Shown: positions 11,520 through 25,481 of the stretch, one piece after another
How positions within the stretch are numbered: the stretch's first letter is position 1
Layout of the letters: every line of letters starts with the position of its first letter
From: Sarea resinae
Lineage: Eukaryota
Direction: 5' to 3'
DNA length: 50,663 bases
Assembly (NCBI GenBank): GCA_026026165.1
Contig: JAPEUD010000112.1
Coordinates: 1-50,663, forward strand
Position numbers and translations under genes: made by a program
Notes under the pieces: model-generated
Database searches by the model: none
Told to the model about the DNA's origin: nothing
The model's input: the letters and a program-made list of their open reading frames with translations, nothing else

Positions 11520-13331
11520 GTTGGTGGCATTGTTACTAATCTCAGCCCTATCATTACCGTTGGAGTTAGTAAGTACAGCGACTTGTACAATGAGCAGAGA
11601 ACAATCTCACCAAGATTCGGCATCGGCATCTAGGAGTTCATAAGATGAATTGCCCTGAAGTCCTCTGGGTCAGCGACCAGAAAATTCACACACCCAGGGG
11701 TAGGCCCACGAAGAAGACTTGATTTTCACTGTCAAATCATTTTATCTGGGTCAGCCAGTTTAGAACATTCACCATGAGCTTGCTCAAGGTAGAAGGGCTC
11801 ACCGAATCCGATTGGTATTCATTCTTCCCGTTGCAAGTCCCTCAAAGAAAGGCAGTTTGGTTTTGTGTTGATTGTCGGAAACAGAAGCGGACAAGGACAA
11901 CATATATTCGCTGCAGCGAAAGCAAGTCCCTAGGCTCCGGAGGCGGTAAGGCATCTTGTCCCTGATCAGCAGATCTTGGTGGAGAGCATGTTCAACGTCA
12001 TGTACAAAGTATGACCGCTGAGAAGCCCTCGGCCATTGCAAAGGAAAAATTGTCCAATGATTATCGGCTGCGAACATTTGTTGATAAGGGGACGCAAGAA
12101 TTCCGCGCTTTCATATTGTGGGGTGTAGCCAGCTAGGGTGAACGATGTACTGTAAGTATTCTTCTCCCACTTCAGCCAAGGTAAGAAACCGAGGTATTGA
12201 CCGGTCTGCGCGTGGACAAGGTAAAGCAGGTGCAGGGTGTGGACGCGATATACAGCGGCACTACAAGATGATGAGCAGCCATTCGCCCGATCTCACGCGC
12301 AGACCGACAAGGTATTCCAAGCCTCAGGACCACAGTCCATGTAAGGTACCACCTCAACCTAGGTCCAGGCCCACGGGACTATATCCTGCGATCCACTCTC
12401 ACGCATCAGCGAGCGGCCGAGCGACCGAGCGACCTGGCGGGAAGGGTATCATTTCCTTCGTCTGCACTTGATGCAATGAGAAGCCCGCATACAGCACATC
12501 AGGTCAGAAGCTACTGCAACCGGCAAGAAGTGCCTGTACATGGAAGCGATCAGCGACAGGGTTGATATCTTGATGCGAACCTGACTTTACATACAAGCAA
12601 GCATCAGGAGTCCAACTGCATTAGTGAGTTTGTAGCGCCTAACTACCTAGGTATACATAACAAAGTATATTGTACTGCCGACGACACACCGATGCTTTGC
12701 GGACATGATCTATTGACAATCAGTAGACTCTCTACCCGGGAGGCAGCTACTACTGATCTCAGAGATCTCAGAGATACTTTCTAGGTTGCATAGGTACAAT
12801 CGACAAGGATCCAACCCCTAGCTGTCTTCTTCCCGCCTCCAGCTCTACCCAGTCACGTACTTTCTTTGTGTGCGTTGCTGTCTTCGGCCGACGCTGGATC
12901 TCGATTGGAATTCGACATAGGACATCGGGTTGAAGGTCTGAGCTGCTGTGCTGCGCAGCCGAGAATGATGCGGCTTCCGTTGTACGAACAGGAACACAAG
13001 GGCTGCCAGCCCTCTAGGAACCGAGTCTGCAACGCAGCCACCTTCTTCTCAGAACTTGACGGCACAATACGGGACTGAGAGCAAGGATGAGTGCAAGGAT
13101 AGGATGGGAGTGGGTGGAAGGGCAGGATTTTGATGGCTTCGGTGTCTGATCAAGGGAGAAGCATACAAGCCCGATAGAATGCTCAACCCCGAGGTTCACA
13201 CCCGCTACTAGCTCTATCTTCCTCCTTTAGCCAGGCTCCTTACCGTCTCAAGCGTACCAACTCTCTCAATACTGACCTCCGTGAAATTTACAACGTCGAG
13301 CAGACCGTTATCAAGACCAGAGATCTGGAAA

Positions 13332-14913
13332 ATGGGCATCATACAAGTAATCGAAACACTTCTGCACGATGATTCCCTGACTGATATCCTTCTGGCAGCC
13401 TAGCCTCTCAACAGAGTTTTTCGGAGAGTCCAGACTTTCCGAGCAAGGAGATCATACGCCTACAACGCCTTTGATTCAAATCCCAGGGGTAAGCAGGCAA
13501 TGTGAGTACCAAGACATACTATCTGACCCGTTTCGGCAGTGCTTCAAGCTTGCTTGTATCCGGACACCCCGCGACCGCGATGCTGAATCACGGATTCTCG
13601 AAATTCTGAAAGACTCTGTTCGGCGTATGGGTCCAAGCTCCACGATAAATGAAACATGGGACATATGTACCGATAATGAAATCCGCTGTATAAGCGGTCG
13701 TCTTAGGAGCATAATGGACGACTTCGAGATCACCAACCCATATGACTCAGTGCTGTCAGCGCCCAACGACCTGCTGTCCGAAACCCTGCTGCTTGCTCTG
13801 TTCTGTAACGCCTTCAGCACTCTCAACGACCCTGCTGCATTCTTGGTTTATCAAGACCTCTTCAACTCCAAAGGATTGTCTGATATGTTCAATGCATACC
13901 GTCTCAAGCGCGAATTATCTGACACAACGGATCCCGCTCGTCTCGCAATTGTTTCGCTATTCTACCGCGCACTTTCCAAGATAGTCCGTACCGATCAAGC
14001 TGGATGGGTACCAACGCTTGATTTGAATAGACAGGTCTCAGTCTTGTTGCTGGTATTACTCTACGATTGTTCTAATGCACGACCACTTGTCCTGGACTAT
14101 GAACCTTCTCAAAACGTCACGCCACAACAAAATTTGCCGTTTCATAATGAACTCGTTGGACGTTAAACCATGGGACACCCAAAGTTTAGAAGAAAGCCTT
14201 CAGGATGAAGGTTGTTGCTTCGCTGGCATCATACCTTTGATTTCTATCAACAACCATCAAGTAGGCAGATTCCGCTACTTCAGGTGCTTGACTGACGTAA
14301 ATCAAAAGGTACCCTTAGAAAGCCACGAGATCAACGCTGAATTGACGGTCAGGCAATCCGAATATATGCGAAAATTCAGGAAAGTACGCAATAATCAGTC
14401 CAATACCGTTCCTAACGTTTTGATAGGGACTCAACCATTCCGAAACTCACAGATGATAATGGTTTAGCTGATGAGATTCTTGACATGTTGTTCGTCGTCG
14501 GTTGTGTACGTCTTGGCCCTAAGGTCGCTCAAATGATCTACGATCATAGAAATTACTTCGTCGCCCCGATGCAGAAGTGTTACGATTACATTCTGCATTC
14601 CGGAAATACACACATCTTGTCAATCGCACTTGAATACCGCGCAGCCATTGAGCAGATCTGGCTAAGGGAGGTTGTGAAAGTGGCTTCTATAGACGATGTG
14701 TGTCGCTTTGTGAACAATAAGGGGCAAGTTGGTGCCCGCGATATGTTCTCTATTTACGCTCAGTCTGGGTCGCCACGAGGAGATGAATTGAGGGAGATGA
14801 TCCCGGCCATTATTTACTGGTTCTGCAGACGCGATCAAAGTCATGAGGAAGCCATGCAAAAATACTCCTGTTATCTGAGAAGTTTAGAATACACACCTAC
14901 ATTGACCGCCTGA
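13332..14913 (+). CDS. Multi-exon hypothetical protein (one junction near 14035-14100 unresolved)
   Basis: ORFs 13471-14166, 14075-14467 and 14485-14913, with GT..CTRAC..AG introns that put the last exon in frame. No recognisable domain. Confidence 0.5.
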
Positions 14914-16129
14914 GACTTTATCTTTCTTTCTTTTCTACTTTGTTCCTTTCTTTGAATTTTTCTTGAATTGTTACTGTTAGTTGTGCTGAATGGCACTTGA
15001 AACTCAACTCAACACCATGCAAAATGGCAAGAATTCATCTCTCTTACAATTTATTAGCACACCTATAGAGTGAAGTCTGCCTTTGTTTCTATTCATCTCA
15101 GTAGCGCGTGATTGTCTGTGCAAATAATGCTACATATACCCTCCGTCTCACGATGTGCTTCAGATAGCCTCTTGTATTGCTTCCACTTTTTCTGAAGATA
15201 AAGCGTACTCAAGAAGCACATAAAGTGTCTACATCAGGCTGACAGATTGATCAAACCCTGTGACAGCCAATACGTGTTTGCAGTCGCCATCCAATCTAGG
15301 ATGCGCAGTATTCTAGAGCCTGATGCGGTTTGCCGGAAGAAAGTAAACTCGGCGAAAGGATCGACTGCGCTATAATGTGCACCGACTGTTTACGCATAGG
15401 AAATGATTCGATGTGGGAGCCAGTCTCCCTTTCCCTCCATGCAAATGCAGCAGCCTGGCACAGCAAAAACGAAGAGCAAAATCGTTGGCTGCGGCGTAGA
15501 TTTCTTGAAGCGATATCGCAGCTACATTGCTATACAGCAGTCCTCCTGCTTAGGAGACTCAACGTGATAGTGACCGCATATCCGTTCTCCGAGTTGACCC
15601 CTGCTGCAATGTTTTTCCTTCTGTGCAATTGCGGTCGCGGCAGCACCTTAGGGAAAACAATAGGTATCTACCTCACTAGCTATTAATCATCAGGGCGGCA
15701 GACAAACGTTGGTTCTTCTGCACATTGAATCTGGCCATCTACTCGATCGTGTTATTGCCCTACTATGATCGTTATTCCACCGCGCTCTCAGCCAGTGGAA
15801 ATTCGGCAGTTGCTGTAGAATCCCATATCAAGCCTGGTCTTCGGAGTAGATACGTTGTGCTTTTTTTATACTACTTAGAGGCAAGCTGCATGACCCTAAA
15901 TCACCTCAACTTTAGTGTATAGCGGCACCTAGCGAGTATTATTTTCACAGGACGTATTGTACTAGCAATGTTCGTTGCCTTATGCAGTAGCTTCAACAGC
16001 GGGGCTGCCTTCTGCTTGGAGACGGCGTCAAGTTGCATCTGATGATAATTACGTTTCAACGATTCAACAAATACCATTTGTCTACCGAGTTATCAAGTTA
16101 TCAAATGCATATGATCTTGTGCGCCTCAT

Positions 16130-17035
16130 TATTCTATGAGTCTACTGATGGTAGGAAGGCGATCAGGTGTCTCGGGGTTGGGCAGCATCCCGGTCGTCCA
16201 ACAGGTTTCATCGCAGCCCAGGTGCTTGCAGATCCGAGTCAGACTGTGAATACCCTTATCAGCAATGCTCGAAGTATTGCGATTTGGACGTACTCTATTG
16301 ATGTCATATCTTTGAGGATGTATGGAATGAAGATCTCCAAGGAAGGTTGGACTGCCGATTGGCCTACAGATCCAGTAAAACGAAGTTGGTCGACAAGGGC
16401 CGGGATAGTTGTATTGAGTGAACATGGAACGTAACGTGCTAATCCCGTTTTGGGGGGCGTATCTGGAGCGTGTTCAGCATGACTCGTGGTTTATGCAGGT
16501 CGCGAATTGTCTCACAACTTAACCAGGCCTGTGGAGCGTATAATGCCCATCCGTTCTTCATCAGGTAATTAGTCAACAAATTGAACCAGCTTGCTGTACG
16601 GCGGATTTTTTCGAAGTAATCCCTTGTTTGCGACTTGTTGTAGTACGCTGTCATGATATTGTCGACGTCTTCTACTCTGATACGCTCTTCACGCATCACC
16701 TTGCACAGCGAGGTGAAGAGAAGTTCAAAGAAGAAAATCTGCCTTTCTGACTGCGTCTCCACTATGAACTCTTCGGCCAAGGGGATTAGCCCGAGGGGGT
16801 CATTGTGATTGAATTCCTCTACTCTGCCTTGGGCGGCGACACGGATCTTGGTACAGAGAGATAGTCTCTGCTTGGCAACCTCGGTGTCCTTCAAGGATCG
16901 GGAAGCGAGCTCGTCAGGGCGTGCAATGCACGTTAATATCTCGTCGAGGCAACTCTGCCGCTGCCTCGATTTTCCATCAGCTGTCATGGCAGGGAGGAAA
17001 TAGTGGCTGAGCAGGGTGATAAGGGTAGCCTTCAT
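16130..17035 (-). CDS. Multi-exon hypothetical helical protein (3' end approximate)
   Basis: About 170 aa of coding-like sequence from ATG 17035, a GTGAGA..CAG intron near 16515-16463, and further exons downstream. Confidence 0.5.
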
Positions 17036-17180
17036 CCGATTGTAAGATGAGGGGGAGAATTGTTGCGTTGGCACGATCTTGACCTTGCATGTACTCCGTA
17101 TAGGAATTTGCCTCGCATCATTCGCGATATGATTGGCTACTACCACTGTGCAGCATCCCTGTCCCCTTTGAAGTTGCGCG

Positions 17181-17229
17181 CTCGGTTCCCTCCTCGGTTC
17201 CCTGCTCGGTTCCCTCCTCGGTTCCCTGC
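17181..17229. repeat. 12-bp tandem repeat (CTCGGTTCCCTS)x4
   Basis: Read directly from the sequence. Confidence 0.9.
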
Positions 17230-18208
17230 AAAAGTACGAGCCTGCTGATCTGCACACCGCTATTCAGCACCTGAATTAGGAAACGGAAGCACCTAAAGCC
17301 GATGCAAGTGAGTCGAAGCCCCCAAACAACTTATTCCCGCACAGGGATTTATGGTTGCCTTCCCGTTGCCTTCTGCAGGTGGTGAGACAGAATCTCAAGG
17401 TGTATACAGCGCACTTAGAACCGCTTCAACTCGTGTATTTAAAAGAGGCAACGACGGCCTGCATTCTATCCTAGGACTTACGGACAGAAACGAAGGTCTG
17501 GCTGTCACGGAAGAATTTTGACTTGAAACGCAAGACGGAGTAAGTGAAGAGAGCAGAACTAGATATATAAGATCCCTACAGACATCAAGACTGAAGCGGC
17601 CTTCCCGTGATAATCTTGAGTGCATATGAGTCTAACGTACTTTGAGGGGAGAACCCTGGCATGCCTGACAGCGACCAATGACGTGAAATTGAAAACAGGG
17701 CTGTAGAACCTCTGATTGTTCGTTTGTATGCCCTGCCCTCACTACTGTGACATCGGTCCCCCGTCTCGACGGGTAAATTGAGGAAGAGACTAGTTCAGAC
17801 CACTGGGCCTTTTACTCCGCTAAATCTAAATCGGGTAGAGGGATGAAAACAGATCAGCCATGACGACTAGCTTGTCTCATTCATAGCTAGTTGGCTCGCC
17901 GCTCTCACCGATGCCACGATTGTCAGGCTCAGCATCAATGGAACCCTAAGACAAAGGTACCAACTACAGTTGATTCGGCAATAACGCGTGGGACTCGTTT
18001 GAGGCTCTACAAGGGAGACGTGTGAGGCTCTGTGAGGAGGGCCAGCGGTTAGGGCTTATTAACTTAGGGAAAAGGTCTCCCCTCCCTTTGCTTGAACATG
18101 TCGCAAACTTGCAGGGTGGATTCTCTCCTCTGTTTTGTATCTGCTCATTCCTCTTCTTGTTCTTTCAAAGCATCATCTTCACATAGAGCCCCATTCTAGC
18201 CATCCGCC

Positions 18209-20914
18209 ATGTGGAACGTCCGGCCTGCCCTTGAGGTCTCTCAAACCGTTTTCGCCACGGCCATCTGCCTGTATTTCGTCGGGGCTCAGTCCAAGCAGGT
18301 CGAGACACGCAAGCGCAATACAACACCCTTTATCTGGCTCCTGGCCGCCATGCTCCTTGTGTCGGCAGCTGACTCGGCCGTCCTGATCGTCCGAGCCGGT
18401 GGGATGCCCGATATCCAGCCCATGGCGGCAGCCCTCTTGTACATGCTCGCGCTCCTGCTGCAGATTGACCACCTCTGGCCCTGCACGGCCGAGGAAAAGG
18501 AGGAGGAGAAGCCGGCCTGGCACGCGTACGTGGGGTCCTGGACTGCCATGGCCGTGTTTGACATCCTCGCCATCGTCGAGCTCGCGCTCACGCCCCCTTC
18601 CTCGAAATTTGACCTAGTCTGCGGCGCTGTGGCTACCAGCCTGCGATGCTGCCTGGAGTTCGCTCTGTTCATCGTGTTCGCCCGATCTGATAGGGGGGGA
18701 TACATATGGCTCGGCGATGACGTTGAAATGCCGCCGGATGCCGACGCCGCCGCCGCTGTCGAGGACGGCAACGACGAAGAAGGGGGCAAGAAGCTGGGAA
18801 CGGCTGAACTGCGACATAGCGTCGGCGACGAGATCCGCGCGGCTGGGGGGCGCTGGCCGTGGTTGAAGAAGTTTCACATCTTCCTGCCCTGGATCTGGCC
18901 GAGCGGCCTGCCCTGGATGAAGCTACGTATCGTCGCAGCCCTGGTGCTTATGTCAGCCCAGATGGCGCTTACGCTATACATGCCGCACATTGATGGCGCC
19001 TTCGTAGAAAGCGTCGTACGGGCGTACGCGGACAGAGACCCCAGCCCGGTCTGGCCAGCCCTGGCGTTGCTCATGGCCGTGAGACTCGCAGACTCGGGCT
19101 ACGGGCTGGATGGCCTGCAGCAGCTGCTATGGCAGAAGTTTAAGCTTTACCGTGAGCAGCAGGCGCGGACGGACATTTACGCATACCTAATGGGCCATGA
19201 GGCGGCTTTTCATAACGCGGCCGACCCTACCGACGTCACCCTGGCCGTGTCTAGGGGCGTTGCCGTTTGCGAAGCGCTTGACTTTATCGTACGACAGATG
19301 GTACCGCAAGTCATTACGCTTGTCGGTGCCATCACTACTGTATTCTCACTATACGGGGCACACGTCGCCCTGGTAGAGGGGACCGTTGTCGTGTTAAATA
19401 CGATTGTCGTCCGCCGCTCGAACCGGTTGCTCATACCTATGTACGACGCGCGAATAACGGCCCGGCAGGAAGCGGAACGGCGGCACCAGGGCGGGCTGCG
19501 GGCCTGGCGGACCGTAGCCCTTCACAGCCAAACCGATGGCGAGATCGAAGCCTACGCTACGAGCCTGGCTACACAGATAGGGCTGACGTGGAAAAGCTAC
19601 CTCTTTAGCCTTGCATTTGGCTTAAGCTCAAGCATAGTAGTTAACGCCGGCCAGTTCGCCGCCACAGCCCTTGTCGTCTTATACGGCCTCCAGACTGGCG
19701 GCACCGTTGGGCCCGTGGTAGCGTTCGGAGGCTATTGGGGCCTTTTGCAGGGTCCGCTGCTATTCATCGCGCGAATCCCGGAGCGCGTCTTCCGAGACCT
19801 TTATACCGCGGACCGGCTTCGCCGGCTCCTAGAGTTCAAGCCTACTATGACGTACGGGACTGAGGACCTGCACCTAGTCGGGGGTGGCGTCGAATTAAAG
19901 AATGTTAAATTTAGTTATCCCGGGGCCAACGCTAAGGCAAAGCCCGTTTTTGACAAGCTTAATTTGTCGATCAAGCCGGGCCGGATTACAGCCATTGTCG
20001 GGGCTTCAGGCGTAGGGAAATCCACTTTGCTTCATCTTATTACACGGGTTCACGATCCCGATGAGGGCTCCGTTGAGATTGACTGCCAGGATGTCAAGAC
20101 GCTGAAAAAGGGCGGGTAAGTTACTTTGCACGATATACAGGCAGCAAAAAACGTTAGACTCTCTACTTACACACCAAAAACCCCCTAGGGTTTTAGAACA
20201 TGCCTCTGTCATGGAGCAGAATCCGCATATCTTTAACGACACTGTCATTAACAATATCCGATACGGCCGGCCTGACGCCACTGTCTCTGAGGCGCACAAC
20301 GCTGCTGAAAGGGCTGGCATTCACGCTGGAATTATGGCCCGGGACAAGCAGTACGACGCCCAGGTGGGCGAGGGTGGGGGGTACAATTTTTCATTCCTTC
20401 ACATCAGCCTTGTCGTTACTAACTCTCATTTCTCCCTAACAGGAACCTCTCCGGCGGGGAGAGGCAGCGGGTTTCGCTAGCACGCGCTTTTGTAAGTCAG
20501 AGGCACCTAGTGCTATATGACGAGCCCACGAGCGCCCTGGACGCCGATACCGAAGCCCATGTCAACGAGAGCATAGAGACCTGTTTCCCCAACCAAACAG
20601 TGGTTATTATTGCGTAAGTCCTTTTCTCTCTCTCTAAAAAGCCAGGAACTAATTTTATGGTTCTTTTTTCACTCTAACACAGGCACCGCCTGTCGTCGAT
20701 CATGCACGCCGATAGCATTGTTGTCCTGAAAGTAGGAAAAGGCTGCTGCGGTGAGATCGGCGAGGAGGGCACGCACGATGAGCTCCTGGCGCGAAATGGC
20801 ATTTACGCAGGACTGTGGAAGAGACATACTGGTGCGGCTGAGAGCAAGGAAAAAACGAATCAGACTGCCAGGGAGACGTCTATTGAAGGGTTGTTTGACA
20901 ACGAGGAGAGGTAA
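18209..20914 (+). CDS. ABCB half-transporter, HMT1/ATM1-like (heavy-metal tolerance family), 4 exons
   Basis: Hydrophobic N-terminal extension plus ABC TMD. Walker [10 protein letters not shown]. Removing introns 20116-20188, 20381-20442 and 20614-20682 gives in-frame [21 protein letters not shown] and IAHRLS. Confidence 0.93.
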
Positions 20915-21316
20915 CAGAAACCCTGAACGGCCTTTTTAGGGGGTAAAACGCAAACGCTCGCATAACCCTGGCGGCAATAAAAAACGCTGCCATGACCTAT
21001 CTTTTGAAAGCTCCAATGGCCACGGGTATGGGAAATCCACCTAGTTAGTATAGTAATTACTATGGCTAGAGACTCAACACCATAGCCTTCCCCGAGCGAT
21101 TATCACCACTTTTCTTCGTATATACACTCTCTATTGATGCAGCCTACGGCAGGACGCTGCATTGTGACCTCTCTCACCACATGTAGAGCAATGATGCCTT
21201 ATTAGTCTCTGCTCCATGGATTACAGGCCCTATATCCTGATCGCGAAGGCTTTAGAGCCCTCGGCAATCTTCTGTCCTTATCCGTTCCTTCTTAGTGTCA
21301 GATCGATAGGCTCAGC

Positions 21317-21350
21317 CAGTGCTGCCAACGGTCCATCGGTCCATCGGTCT
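21317..21350. repeat. Solo terminal fragment of the MITE family found at 22237
   Basis: CAGTGCTGCCAACGGTC followed by ATCGGTCC repeats. No partner end found. Confidence 0.6.
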
Positions 21351-22236
21351 AATAGGAGCTGCTCAATCATTTGGCAAAAGGCCGGTGGATTATCGCGGGG
21401 AGTGAAACTGCCACCGCATTCCCTCTGCTTTTGCTGGCCCCAATGGTTGTATTGCGGCCATTCAATGCCCTTTGCAAACCCTAGATGTTCGCGGAAGAAT
21501 GGGATGGAACGGTCGGTCGCGGACCAACCCTAAGCTCGACAAGACTATAAATCTAGTAGTTAACGCATCTGGAATATCACTTGCCTGGAATCCTGGAGTC
21601 GTCAAAGGGTTCCGCCAGACAGCGGTTTCAGGTGTAGTCATTGTGATTCGATCGCCCGGCAAGGTCTTAGAAGAAACCGAAGAGCTTGACTTCTATACAC
21701 CTAGGTTGCTAAGCACCCGGATGCCTTTCTTTGTCTTCACCCTAACAACCTTAGCACAGTGGTCGCGATTTCAAAGCTGGACCGCGACTCAATTGACAGC
21801 TTCTCTCCGATATATACAGGTAATCCTCATCTAAGAAGAGCTCTTCTCCTACCTGAATGTCTCGTGTGGCATGCGTGCCACACGAGACCAACCATGTTGC
21901 AAAGCATGACTTGCATGCCAGGCCTGCAATTCACGTCGGGTTTTCCGGAGGGAGAAAAGAAAACTAGCTACCGATGCGAGTAGCATCGAGTACTTGTTCT
22001 GCCTAGGTCGGATGTCAGCTAATGCAGAACAGGCGGAAAGATAATCTACCTAGATAGAAGCGGCAGAGGGGAGATAGACTTCTGCGGTCATATAGGATGC
22101 CTCGCCGCTCGGATTCGTCAGTCGAGATTGACGAATCCGAGCGGCCTAATCAAAGGTCACTAGCCACGCCAGCAGGCTAGGTACATTGCATTCAGCGTCT
22201 CTACCAGACTAGAACGCTTGACCAGGTTAGGACTCG

Positions 22237-22541
22237 CAGTGCTGCCAATGGTCTAAATGGTCTGGTCCAGACCCTTGGACCAGACCACCTGGTGGTCCAA
22301 GACCCGTGGACCATTTGGACCATTTAGACCATTACAGGTTAGGCCTTCCTAATGAGGTTGATGTTACCCCTTGCAGACCGGGCTGTATAGGAATGCATAG
22401 GAATGCTGTCAGGAATGTCTAAAGAAAAAAGTCAATGGTCTAAATAGTCTAAATGGTCCGCTTGAATCCTTGGACCAGACTATTAGACCAGACCGTTTGG
22501 ACTATTTAGACCATTGGACCACCAGACCATCGACAGCACTG
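22237..22541. mobile_element. 305-bp non-autonomous TIR element (MITE, hAT-like)
   Basis: Imperfect TIRs CAGTGCTGCCAATGGTCT / AGACCATCGACAGCACTG and dense subterminal TGGTC/GACCA repeats in both orientations. No clean 8-bp TSD. Confidence 0.8.
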
Positions 22542-23654
22542 GTTAGGAGCCAGGTTAAGAGGTGCGGAAGGCGAGAGGTAAGGCTGACCTAGATTGCCCT
22601 CTTTGAGGATGAGAAAGCAGGAACGCGAGAAGGATAGGTGACTGATCTCTAGAGGCCTGAGTGAGCTGATGCCAGGCCTTAGGGAAGCGGTGGTCTAGTG
22701 ATAGATTAAAGGTTTGACTTCTTCATTGAAGGTGTTTATCTGCCTCATAAGCATCATAGGAAGATTGTTAGCCAGGCACTAGGGCCGAAGCATACACTGC
22801 ATTCAGCGTCCCTAGCTGAGTGGAGTAGGTGACTAAGAGAGAAGTGAGGAGGACGATCGGTGGAGAAAGTAAGAGGAATAGTGAGAAGTGAGCTAGTGAA
22901 TAGTTTAGTAAAGTAGGTGAGCTAGTGAATTGATTAGTGAAGGTAAGAGGATAAGATTGTTCATCTTAGAGAACTAGCGGTACTCGTACTCGTCAAAAAA
23001 TGATGTGACTAAGCAGAGTAAGACAGGTAGAGGGCTCTAGTATTTATCGACGGCTAGCAGGCCTAGAGAGAAACTGCGCTCGAAAAGGATATGCAAGAAT
23101 TAAAGATATCGAAATAGAAACAGAAATATATAAATATATATATGTATCTAAATCGGTAGATAGGTTGTGTCAGGATAAAGTGATCACTGTTTCTCCTGAT
23201 TAGACCAGGTTCGCCTCTCCCAAAGGTCAGCCATATATGAGAAAATGTGTGCAGTAGAACTAGGCCTTTCAGATCCAAGTCCACCTCTTTGGTCTGGCTA
23301 GGATAGGACCAGAGATCCTGAAATCCGCGTGGTGTGCAGAGGTAAGAGATTCCCTATCAAAGACCCAGAGGACTGACGACCCTGAGACCCCTCTGGCCCT
23401 GATAGAAGGCGAATCTTTTGGTTCGACCTGTCAAGCTGAAATCTTCCTGCTCGCGGTGACTAGGCAACCAGATCCTCCTTTAAGGGGGCCTTCTACCGCC
23501 GGACGACGACAGCAAAGGGCGAGCGTGCGAACTAGCAACGAGCACGCCGCGACGACCAGCAAACTAGGACTGCCCACCGGCTAGATATATCATGTATCCT
23601 CCCTCTCTGCCAGCACCTGCCAAGCTACAACTCAGTCCACTCCTAGCGCCCATC

Positions 23655-23675
23655 CTCTCTCTCTCTCTCTCTCTC
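23655..23675. repeat. (CT)n microsatellite
   Basis: About 10 CT units. Confidence 0.9.
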
Positions 23676-24740
23676 ACCCACAGAAAGCAACTCGACCCGA
23701 ACCCAATCTTGAGCGAGCCTCACCTATCATCTTCACTATCAACACCAACACGACCTCCAAGAGCACCTTCGAGGCCCATTCACGATGCCGCCAAAGGCCG
23801 CGCCTCGCCTCGACGCGTCGTGCTGGTCAGCGCCTCTATCTAGGCGCTTTAAACTCAATTGCGACTCGGTCGTGTCAAGATCCCACCTCCACGCAGCAAG
23901 GGGCACGGTTTCACTTACAAGTATCCACGGCGTAAGAATTCTTCCCTACCCCTTCCATTCGCGAATACAGTAGCTGAACGGTCTAGAGGCACGACTCCAA
24001 AGCCACGATATACGCCACGCACCAAGAGCAGACCCACCTATCTCCCAGGTGGATCCACACTCCACGATCCAGGATAGACATAGAATGTAAATCTTTCGGT
24101 TCGACTTGTCAAGATGAAATCTTTCCGCTGACGGTGACAGAACCCGCCTTCGGGCGAGGTCGGCACAGGGTCGGGCAGAGGGAGTCGGTGTGGAGGTAGA
24201 ACATATCGCGGCCGGAGAGCTGACCGCGGTGGGTGATGCATGGAGCCTCGCTCCATCCGGGATGCTACTCGGTGGCCCAGCATCATTGGATGCGTTGATC
24301 GGGAACGACACGATATTTGCCTTGGGCATCGGACTCTCTGCTGCCGTGTCGCCGTCGTCTACGTCCAGGTTGACGTCTGCATCTCTGGCTGCCGCTTGTA
24401 TCGTCGATGCGACGTCCCAAGGGTTGGGCTTGCAGTTGCACACGGATTGCTCCTCGGCAGCGGTGGAATAGGTGCTCGCGGGCAGTACAATCTGAATGCG
24501 AACGCTTAGTGGCTAAGCAGATTTGCAACAAGTGAGTGGACTTGATGCCAGCTCGCATCGGGGAGGTTTTGAAGATGGATGGATATGCGACGAAATAGTG
24601 AGCTGTCGCTCTCGAACAAAATCGATATTCCTCTTCTATATGATGTGGACTATCTATTTCTCCGAAACATTATGAATGACAGGCACAGACTAGATAGTGG
24701 GGGCGTTCATTTCCGGCTATCCTCTGAGGAGGTGTGTGGT

Positions 24741-24842
24741 GGTTGGAAGGTTTGGAAGGGTTCGGAAGGGTTTGGAAGGGTTCGGCAGGGTTCGGCAGGG
24801 TTTGGCAGGGTTCGGAAGGGCTTAGGACTCGGAAGGGTTCGG
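24741..24842. repeat. 10-bp G-rich minisatellite (TTYGGMAGGG), about 8-9 copies
   Basis: Read directly from the sequence. Confidence 0.9.
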
Positions 24843-25481
24843 TGTCAGAACGTGAGGACGCTTGGTGGAGCGGGTTGGAATGTTTGTCAGAATGTTTACC
24901 TTCGAAGATAGCACAGCAACGGATCACGTGAGTAAACCCGCTGTAATTATTTGTGCTTCTAATAGGCCGGACAAATGAATGAGCAAAGGAAAAGCTTAGG
25001 GGAAGGAGAAAACAACAGGAACGTAGAGACTACAAAGAGGGTGTCTTCCCTAGAATATAAACGTGGTCTGGGTTTCTGTGGCCCCTAGCTCGATACACTC
25101 CTGTTTTCACTTCTTCTTGTTCGCAACACCCATTTCTATCGTGCTTCTCTACCGAGACCTGATCGCTCTGAACCACCTTCATCGAGCTATCCACAGTCAT
25201 ATATGGGTGATTCTGTGCCTAGAAGAGTCTCTTCTCCTTCTTCAGAGGCCCTAGGCGTCGCTGCTTTGCAGCAATCCACTTCTTTATGCGTGTATCCCAG
25301 AGTCTGCGTTAAGCGGTGCGTCGCGAAACGTTAGGCAACGTGGTGTGCCGGATTTCCACCGACGGGCGCCGACGTGCTTCCCATCCTGGACCTGTCAATC
25401 GTAGAGCATGGCGGTCCGCTCGCTCTGTGGTCTTCCTAGGCCTGCCTGAGCATCGGGCTGAGCCATAGTTTGTGCGCTCCG

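Noticed and set aside
21520..21760. Isolated AACCCTAA/CCCTAAC telomere-like words
   Set aside because: Single units expected by chance, with no interstitial array.
21960..24560. Possible degraded genes around the MITE and at 23785-24558
   Set aside because: Stop-riddled or low-complexity. No family or exon structure could be supported.
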